This document shows, in pieces, positions 26,025 through 32,000 of a stretch of 32,000 nucleotides of DNA. This stretch comes from Candidatus Saccharimonadota bacterium. GTDB lineage: Bacteria > Patescibacteriota > Patescibacteriia > 2-12-FULL-60-25. Position numbers and translations under genes: made by a program. Location: assembly GCA_016699205.1 (NCBI GenBank), contig CP064964.1, positions 690,001-722,000 of the forward strand, read 5' to 3'. Positions within the stretch are counted from its first letter, which is position 1. Every line of letters starts with the position of its first letter. The notes beneath the pieces were generated by a model. That model was not told the origin of the DNA. It saw only the letters and a list, made by a program, of their open reading frames with translations, and did not search any database.

Positions 26025-26285
26025 TTAGACTTTGAGCTTGGCCATCAAATCGTCGTAGGCTTTGGCGTCCTCGCGCTTGAGGTATTTCATCAGGCGGCGG
26101 CGCTCGCCAACTTTCTTGATCAAACCACGGCGGGACGAGTTGTCCTTCTTGTGGCTCTTCAAGTGCTCCGTGAGCTCTTTGACCTCCTCGGTCAAAATGG
26201 CGATCTGGACTTGCGGGGAGCCGGTGTCGGTCGCATGGGTCTTAAATTTTTCAATAATCCGCTTCTTCTTGTCTGGGTTCAACAT
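26025..26285 (-). CDS. rpsO: 30S ribosomal protein S15
   Basis: DTGSPQVQIAILTEEVKELTEHLKSHKKDNSSRRGLIKKVGERRRLMKYLK is the S15 signature. Length is 86 aa. Confidence 0.95.
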   Translation of the reverse strand: MLNPDKKKRIIEKFKTHATDTGSPQVQIAILTEEVKELTEHLKSHKKDNSSRRGLIKKVGERRRLMKYLKREDAKAYDDLMAKLKV

Positions 26286-26400
26286 AGCTTGTCGGCGTCT
26301 TTCGGCCCCAAGCGATCCTTGCGAATCAACTTCGGGCCGGAAGGGCCGGGTTCACGTTTCCGTTAGCAAAGCCAACGGGACGCAGTAAGTTAGTGGTGAA

Positions 26401-26429
26401 AGGCTAGCAAACGAAGTAAAAAAAGTCAA
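26401..26429 (-). promoter_or_regulatory. Candidate rpsO promoter (TTGACT-N17-TAGCCT) giving a ~110-nt structured leader
   Basis: The - strand reads TTGACTTTTTTTACTTCGTTTGCTAGCCT. The leader 26286-26394 contains several hairpins (e.g. CCGTT..AACGG, GGCCC..GGGCC). S15 genes are commonly autoregulated through leader structures. Confidence 0.4.
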
Positions 26430-26445
26430 TAAAACGGCTCTTCTA

Positions 26446-26474
26446 TTGACAAAATGTCATTTTTTAGGTATATT
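26446..26474 (+). promoter_or_regulatory. Near-consensus sigma70 promoter (TTGACA-N17-TATATT) overlapped by the palindrome TGACAAAATGTCA
   Basis: TTGACA at 26446-26451, a 17-nt spacer, and TATATT at 26469-26474. The inverted repeat TGACA-AAA-TGTCA spans 26447-26459. It is divergent from the rpsO promoter. Confidence 0.65.
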
Positions 26475-26625
26475 TCTTCGTTAGTTGTTCCTTATAACTT
26501 GGCCTTAATTTGTTGGAAGTGGTCCTAGGTAGCTGGTTGATGAGCGCGGATGGTCCGCGAGCGCAACGAGTATTTCTGACGGAACACGGTTCACGGCGCC
26601 AATGCTGTGACGGGAGGGTGTCACT

Positions 26626-27174
26626 ATGGCACAGAAGAAGTTGGCGAGTCGCTCCGTGCGTAAGGAGGTGTCTGCAAAGGTGGAGGAGCCGAAAATTGTC
26701 GGCACGACCTTCACGGTCTTGGTTACTTACGCCAAGCTCCCCGGGATCGAAGCGCTGCACGAGAAGTTCCCGGGCAGGGAGGTCCCGCTCCTCTACGACG
26801 GTCGCACGTGGACCCGTCACGCGTCCTGCGCCACGATCGATGAAACCCCTGGCGAGCGCGAGTTCATCGTAGCGGATATCCCCGCTGAGTTCCGCAAGCA
26901 GCGGGTCTGCTCGATCGAGAATACGCTTGCCGAGTACTTGGATCGCCTCGGCTACCGGTACGCGATCGAGACGGAAGCCGTCGAGTTCGCCGACGCTCAG
27001 TCCGACGTCCTGCGCGAGAATTGGATCTTCGCTCTTGGCTCGTCGGCGTCCTATCGCGTCGACCGGCAGGTGGCTGAGCTGGACGCGCTTCCTGGCGGCA
27101 GCGTTCTGGGGGGCTATTATGTCGTCAACTTTGTGTACAGCGCTCGCTTGCTCCTCGTCCGCAAGTCCGCCTAA
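26626..27174 (+). CDS. Orphan hypothetical protein (182 aa) in a compositionally atypical GC-rich segment
   Basis: ATG is preceded by GGGAGGG, about 8 nt upstream. A hand count gives 64 G+C in 26701-26800 versus 50 in 27301-27400. Third codon positions are GC-rich. No recognised domain. Confidence 0.6.
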   Translation: MAQKKLASRSVRKEVSAKVEEPKIVGTTFTVLVTYAKLPGIEALHEKFPGREVPLLYDGRTWTRHASCATIDETPGEREFIVADIPAEFRKQRVCSIENTLAEYLDRLGYRYAIETEAVEFADAQSDVLRENWIFALGSSASYRVDRQVAELDALPGGSVLGGYYVVNFVYSARLLLVRKSA

Positions 27175-27203
27175 GGCTCACAGGTAAGATTTAACTCTCA
27201 TTC

Positions 27204-27240
27204 GGCCCCTGATGTTACTGTCAGGGGTCGTTTGAATTTA
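27204..27240 (+). terminator. Hairpin terminator after the GC-rich orphan gene
   Basis: GGCCCCTGA-TGTTACTG-TCAGGGGTC is followed by GTTTGAATTTATT. Confidence 0.55.
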
Positions 27241-27274
27241 TTGAGAGAAAACAGTAAGGTTTAGTCCTATATAT

Positions 27275-30223
27275 ATGTCTAAACGTCCCGTTCACGAGAT
27301 TGAAAAGAAATGGCAGGAGCGCTGGGAACAAGACGGCGTTTATCGAGCTGATGATACGGGTAAGGCCGAGAAGTTTTACGGGCTTATCGAGTTTCCGTAC
27401 CCGTCCGGTGAGGGATTGCATGTAGGTCATCCGCGCTCCTATACGGCTATTGATGCAGTAACCAGAAAACAGCGAATGTTGGGCAAAAATGTTCTTTATC
27501 CGATTGGTTGGGATGCTTTTGGATTACCGACGGAAAATTTTGCCATCAAGAACAAGATCAAGCCGCAGGAGGCGACCAAGAAGAATATCGGTAACTTTAC
27601 TCGCCAGCTGAAGTCGATTGGTTTTGGATTTGATTGGTCTCGCGAGGTCGATACAACGGATCCGAAATACTACAAATGGACACAGTGGCAGTTTTTGAAG
27701 TTTTTCAATTCTTTTTACGATGAGGTTGAGCAGCGTGCGCGTCCTATCGAGGAATTGCCGCCGCATTTGAATAAGGACGAACATCGCATGGCTTTCAAGA
27801 TGGCATCGACTATCAACTGGTGCCCGCGCTGCAAGATCGGCTTGGCCAATGAAGAGGCCCAAGGGGGAGTTTGCGAGCGTTGCGGGAATCCGGTCGAGAA
27901 ACGCGAGAAGGCGCAGTGGATGATTCGCATTACAAAATATGCGGAACGTCTCTTGAAAGATTTGGATACGGTCGACTACTTGGAGAAAATTAAAGCGCAG
28001 CAGATTAATTGGATTGGGAAGAGTGAAGGAGCGTATGTAGATTTTAATATTTCTGGCTCCAAAAATCCATTCGATAAGGTTACGGTGTTCACGACGCGCC
28101 CCGATACATTGTTTGGTGCGACGTATTTGGTGATGGCACCGGAGCATCCACTGGTTGCGACGTGGTTGAAGGAGGGGGATATAAAGAATCAAGATGAGGT
28201 TCAGGCATATCAATCAACAACGGCAGGCAAAAGCGAGATGGAGCGTACAGCAGAGGGCAAGGAAAAAACTGGATGTGTACTCAAGGGAATCGAGGCGGTG
28301 AACCCGGCAAATGGGGAGAAAATTTCCATTTGGATTTCCGATTATGTGTTGGCCGGATATGGAACCGGAGCGATCATGGCCGTGCCGGCGCATGATGAAC
28401 GTGATCATGAGTTCGCTAAAAAGTTTGGATTGCCGATCAAGTATGTCGTAGCGCCTATCGTGGTTGATAAGGAAAATGCGCATCGTGAAGGAAAGAAGAC
28501 TGTGACACGACCGACCGTTCACGCGGTTATTCGAAATCCAAGAACCGGTGAAATTCTTTGCATGCGCTGGAAGCATCGTCCGGTAACAACATTTGTGATT
28601 GGCGGAATGGAAGCGGGTGAGGATTTAATCGAGGCGGCAAAACGAGAAGTGAAAGAAGAGACCGGTTATACGGATTTGAAATTCGTCGGCGTTCTTGGCG
28701 GACCAATGCGTGCCGATTATTTTGCTGGGCACAAAGATGAAAATCGTATCGCTTATGTCACGGCTGTGATGTTTGACTTGGTAAGCGATGACAAGGGGGT
28801 TGTGCCATCGTCGGAAACAGATACGCATGAGCCGGTTTGGATCCCGCTCGACAAGATCTCAGCTGAGCCTTTGCCGCCATTGGAACGCGACTATCTCTTG
28901 CCGCGCATCAAGGATGAAAATGCTTCACTTTTTTCTGGTGAGGGAGAGGCGATCAACTCCGGTTTCCTCGATGGATTACCGACATGGAAGGCAAAAGATG
29001 ACATGACTTCTTGGCTTAATGAACAGAAGAAAGGCCAGAAAGCGATAACCTACAAATTGCGTGATTGGGTGTTTTCTCGCCAGCGTTATTGGGGTGAGCC
29101 GATTCCGATCGTGATCTGTAAAAAGTGCGGCTATGTTCCGGTTCCAGAAAAAGAGCTGCCGTTGATGCTGCCGGATGTCGAGGCATATGAGCCGTCTGAT
29201 TCTGGCGAGTCACCGCTTGCGGCTATTCGTGATTGGGTTGAGGTTGATTGTCCATCGTGCGGAGAAAAGGCTGAACGTGAAACCGATACGATGCCTAACT
29301 GGGCTGGTTCCAGTTGGTACTTTTTGCGCTATTGCGATCCGCATAATGATACGGAGTTCGCATCGGCAGAGAAGTTGAAATATTGGATGCCGGTGAATTT
29401 GTACAACGGCGGCATGGAGCATACGACGCTTCACCTGTTGTATTCCCGATTCTGGTACAAGTTTTTGTGGGATTTGAGAGTTATTCCGGAAGAGTGTGGA
29501 AGCGAGCCGTATGCCAAGCGTCGATCGCATGGACTGATTCTTGCGCAAGGCGGGGAGAAGATGTCCAAGTCCAAAGGGAATGTGGTGAATCCGGATGATG
29601 TTGTCGGTGAATACGGCGCCGATGTGTTCCGTGTGTACGAAATGTTCATGGGGCCTTTTGATCAGCCGGTACCTTGGGATACGAATGGTATTGAAGGCGT
29701 ACGTAAATTCCTCGAGAAAGTCTGGGGTTTATTGGTTGAGGGTAAATCTATCGAGGCGAGTGATGAGCTAGAAACGATTTATCATCAGAGTGTAAAGAAA
29801 GTCACCGATGGAATCGATCAATTGCATTTCAACACCTGTGTTTCGCAGATGATGATTTTGACGAATGCTTTTGCGGATGCGGGCGGTGTACCGGTATCGA
29901 TGAAGCATGGCTATCTGCAGATCCTCGCTCCGTTTGCGCCGCATATGACGGAGGAGCTTTGGTCGATTATGGGGGAGAAGGGATCGATTCATCGATCTGG
30001 TTGGCCGGCTTATGATTCTTCCAAATTAACGGCTGCTACTTTTGAACTTGTTGTTCAAGTGAATGGTAAGGTGCGCGGTAAGATCATCGTTGATTCATCT
30101 ATTGATGAAGCTGGAGCCAAGGCTGCGGCATTATCGGATGAGAATGTGAAGAAGTATTTGGAAGGTAAAGAACCTAAGCAGGTGAGATATATTGCCGGTA
30201 AATTGTTAAGTATTGTTGTATGA
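27275..30223 (+). CDS. leuS: Leucyl-tRNA synthetase carrying an inserted Nudix hydrolase domain (982 aa)
   Basis: HIGH motif (GLHVGHPRSY), KMSKS (GEKMSKSKGN), CP1 editing-domain end AVPAHDERDHEFAKKFGLPI, and YKLRDWVFSRQRYWGEPIPIV. About 160 extra residues lie between LPIKYVV and GEAINSGFLDGL. They include a perfect Nudix box, GGMEAGEDLIEAAKREVKEETGY (28601-28669). Confidence 0.93.
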   Translation: MSKRPVHEIEKKWQERWEQDGVYRADDTGKAEKFYGLIEFPYPSGEGLHVGHPRSYTAIDAVTRKQRMLGKNVLYPIGWDAFGLPTENFAIKNKIKPQEATKKNIGNFTRQLKSIGFGFDWSREVDTTDPKYYKWTQWQFLKFFNSFYDEVEQRARPIEELPPHLNKDEHRMAFKMASTINWCPRCKIGLANEEAQGGVCERCGNPVEKREKAQWMIRITKYAERLLKDLDTVDYLEKIKAQQINWIGKSEGAYVDFNISGSKNPFDKVTVFTTRPDTLFGATYLVMAPEHPLVATWLKEGDIKNQDEVQAYQSTTAGKSEMERTAEGKEKTGCVLKGIEAVNPANGEKISIWISDYVLAGYGTGAIMAVPAHDERDHEFAKKFGLPIKYVVAPIVVDKENAHREGKKTVTRPTVHAVIRNPRTGEILCMRWKHRPVTTFVIGGMEAGEDLIEAAKREVKEETGYTDLKFVGVLGGPMRADYFAGHKDENRIAYVTAVMFDLVSDDKGVVPSSETDTHEPVWIPLDKISAEPLPPLERDYLLPRIKDENASLFSGEGEAINSGFLDGLPTWKAKDDMTSWLNEQKKGQKAITYKLRDWVFSRQRYWGEPIPIVICKKCGYVPVPEKELPLMLPDVEAYEPSDSGESPLAAIRDWVEVDCPSCGEKAERETDTMPNWAGSSWYFLRYCDPHNDTEFASAEKLKYWMPVNLYNGGMEHTTLHLLYSRFWYKFLWDLRVIPEECGSEPYAKRRSHGLILAQGGEKMSKSKGNVVNPDDVVGEYGADVFRVYEMFMGPFDQPVPWDTNGIEGVRKFLEKVWGLLVEGKSIEASDELETIYHQSVKKVTDGIDQLHFNTCVSQMMILTNAFADAGGVPVSMKHGYLQILAPFAPHMTEELWSIMGEKGSIHRSGWPAYDSSKLTAATFELVVQVNGKVRGKIIVDSSIDEAGAKAAALSDENVKKYLEGKEPKQVRYIAGKLLSIVV

Positions 30224-31086
30224 AGCCGGTAAGAAAAGTCGTGATTCCGGTGGCAGGCTTTGGCACGCGGTTTTTGCCGGCGACCAAGGCGATGCCCAAG
30301 GAAATGTTGCCGATTATCGATAAGCCGGTGATTCAATATATTGTTGAAGAAGCGGTAGCATCAGGAATTACCGATGTTATTTTGGTGACAAGCCATACCA
30401 AGCGCCCTGTCGAGGATCACTTTGATGAGAGCCCGATGCTGGAGAGTTGGCTTACGAGTCAGGGTAAGCAGCGCGCATTGGAGGAGATCAAAGAGATTTC
30501 TAAGCTTGCGAATTTTGTGTACGTGCGTCAGAAAGGCCCGTATGGAAATGCGACGCCGATCATGAATGCACGGCATGTGATCGGAGATGAGCCGTTTGCC
30601 GTATTGTTTGGTGATGATGTATTTGATTCTGAGCGTCCGCGCTTGCGACAATTGCTGGATGTTTACGAAAAGTATGGCGATCCAGTGTTAACGGCGATCA
30701 AAACGGATGATGAAGGAACAAAGAAGTATGGAGTGATTGATCCAGGCTCGAATGTCGGAGAACGTGTTTGTCAGATTAAGGGGGTGGTTGAGAAGCCAGG
30801 GCCTGAAAAGGCGCCATCGAGACTGGCGAGTGTTGGCGGATATATTCTGACGCCGGATATCTTTGAGCAGATCGAGCAATTGAAGCCTGGCGTTGGGGGA
30901 GAGTATGTTTTATTGGATGCGATCTCGCTTCTTATGAAAAAACGGGCGGTGTATGCGTGTGAAATCGAGGGAGAATATCATGATACAGGTACCAAGATCG
31001 GATGGTTGAAAGCCAATTTGGCCTATGCGCTGAAACGTGATGATTTAGGCAAAGAGACGCGCGACATGCTAAAATCGATTCGTTAA
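30220..31086 (+). CDS. galU: UTP--glucose-1-phosphate uridylyltransferase
   Basis: KVVIPVAGFGTRFLPATKAMPKEMLPIIDKPVIQYIVEEAVASGI is a canonical GalU N-terminus. There is an ATGA start/stop overlap with leuS. Confidence 0.92.
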   Translation: MKPVRKVVIPVAGFGTRFLPATKAMPKEMLPIIDKPVIQYIVEEAVASGITDVILVTSHTKRPVEDHFDESPMLESWLTSQGKQRALEEIKEISKLANFVYVRQKGPYGNATPIMNARHVIGDEPFAVLFGDDVFDSERPRLRQLLDVYEKYGDPVLTAIKTDDEGTKKYGVIDPGSNVGERVCQIKGVVEKPGPEKAPSRLASVGGYILTPDIFEQIEQLKPGVGGEYVLLDAISLLMKKRAVYACEIEGEYHDTGTKIGWLKANLAYALKRDDLGKETRDMLKSIR

Positions 31087-31100
31087 CGCGAATCGATTTT

Positions 31101-32000
31101 ATGAATCACAAAATCAAAAAGCTCATTGCCGTCGTGGCGCTTGTCGCTCTTTCCGGCCAAGGCTGCACCAGAGCGCCTTCTGCCGATGCTGTCCGCGCGT
31201 CACAGCCAGTGACTTTGAAGGTCTGGGGAGTTGTTGATGATGTTGATGTCTATCAGGATTTGCTGGCGGCTTATCGTGTGACGCATCCGAATGTTCAGGT
31301 CGAGTATCGCCGTTTTCGCTTGGAAGAATATAAAGATCAATTGTTGAATGCCCTAGCAGAGGATCGCGGACCTGATGTCTTTTTGATTCATAACACATGG
31401 ACGAGCGAGTATCTGACAAAGATTGTTCCGATGCCGCGCACCACGAGAACCGCCTATCGCACCGTTACGGGAACTATTAAGAAGGAGCTGACATGGGAAT
31501 TGCGTACAGAGCCGACGCTCGCGCTTATCGATTTCAAGAATCAGTACGCCGATGTCGTTCAGCATGATTTACTGCGTACGATTGATGTTTCCACGGATAC
31601 CAACGTGAAGGACTTTCAAGAGAAGATCATGGGCGTACCAGTTGGTGTTGATACGATGGCTCTCTACTACAATAAGGATTTGTTGAATGCGGCCGGTATT
31701 CCGACGCCGCCGGAGAACTGGGCCCAATTTTCTGATCAGGTGAAGCGATTGACCAAGCTCGACAGCCAGGGAAATGTTACGCAATCGGCGGCGGGTATTG
31801 GTACAGCAAACAATGTCGAGCGGGCAACCGACTTGGTGTCTTTGCTCATGATCCAGAATGGTCAGACGATGGAGGATGATGCGGGCTATCCGATTTTCCA
31901 TAAGATTCCTGCGGCATTGAGCCGTGATAATCCGCCTTCCTTTCAAGCGCTGGAGTTTTATACGGACTTCGCTAACCCTAATAAGGACGTTTATACCTGG
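31101..32000 (+). CDS. ABC-transporter extracellular solute-binding lipoprotein (family-1/sugar type), 3'-truncated by the window edge
   Basis: This gene is not in the ORF track because no stop is reached. My own translation from ATG 31101 is open for 300 codons: MNHKIKKLIAVVALVALSGQGCTRAP... (signal peptide plus Cys) ...LKVWGVVDDVDVYQDLLAAYRVTHPNVQVEY...GVDTMALYYNKDLLNAAGIPTPPENW. That pattern is typical of SBP_bac_1 proteins. Confidence 0.75.
   Translation, partial: MNHKIKKLIAVVALVALSGQGCTRAPSADAVRASQPVTLKVWGVVDDVDVYQDLLAAYRVTHPNVQVEYRRFRLEEYKDQLLNALAEDRGPDVFLIHNTWTSEYLTKIVPMPRTTRTAYRTVTGTIKKELTWELRTEPTLALIDFKNQYADVVQHDLLRTIDVSTDTNVKDFQEKIMGVPVGVDTMALYYNKDLLNAAGIPTPPENWAQFSDQVKRLTKLDSQGNVTQSAAGIGTANNVERATDLVSLLMIQNGQTMEDDAGYPIFHKIPAALSRDNPPSFQALEFYTDFANPNKDVYTW

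Noticed and set aside
26538-26570. Hammerhead-like core (UGAUGAG followed by a perfect stem CGCGGA/UCCGCG) in the leader of the GC-rich gene
   Set aside because: The upstream base is U rather than C (UUGAUGA rather than CUGAUGA). The sequence after stem II is AGCGCAAC rather than (C)GAAA. No stems I or III could be drawn.
26464-26872. ORFs 26510..26872 (+, 120 aa) and 26464..26820 (-, 118 aa)
   Set aside because: These are Arg/Ser/Pro-rich translations typical of off-frame reading through GC-rich DNA. The 26626..27174 frame has a Shine-Dalgarno sequence, balanced composition and GC3 bias.
31123-31946. Minus-strand ORFs of 98, 70 and 125 aa
   Set aside because: They are antisense to an open 300-codon + strand frame, absent from the ORF track only because it lacks a stop within the window. 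That frame has a lipoprotein signal and solute-binding-protein motifs.

Overview
The window is about 50% GC, gene-dense and bacterial, with no rRNA, CRISPR array or recognisable transposase or integrase. The gene content resembles a small-genome, possibly Patescibacteria/CPR-like, organism, but that lineage call is only an inference. There are three strand blocks: + (1-15284), - (15322-26285) and + (26446-32000).

The first 11.7 kb holds two tandem giant secreted repeat proteins. One is 5'-truncated by the window edge and built of LVIVD-type propeller repeats. The other is about 2500 aa, with a signal peptide, Thr/Ser/Asn-rich fibre segments punctuated by C-x5-C-P loops, and a 7-blade 40-aa-repeat propeller. 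Both share a 530-600 aa C-terminal cassette. They are followed by a Wzy_C/O-antigen-ligase-like membrane protein fused to TPR repeats and a hypothetical protein.

Next come tRNA-Ala(GGC) and an arsR-SRPBCC-SRPBCC-small-ORF operon. After these are a LysM/M23 peptidase, comM/yifB-like Mg-chelatase ATPase, lspA and a DksA/TraR zinc-finger protein. A 708-bp ORF-free gap follows that looks like a ~515-nt structured RNA. The block continues with a membrane-anchored hypothetical and pnp. A NYN/LabA-like gene lies between pnp and rpsO.

The last block starts with a GC-rich (~64%) orphan gene cassette that has its own promoter and terminator. It continues with leuS carrying a complete Nudix domain inserted after the editing domain, then galU and a 3'-truncated solute-binding lipoprotein.

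The most notable observations are:
- the LeuRS-Nudix fusion;
- the unclassified structured-RNA locus;
- the paired giant surface proteins with a shared, internally duplicated C-terminal module and an adjacent putative glycosyl-transfer enzyme;
- three independent 1-nt frameshifts (giant protein 2, one SRPBCC gene, pnp), which could be assembly errors or real lesions.

All protein family calls come from motif recognition by eye; no database search was run.
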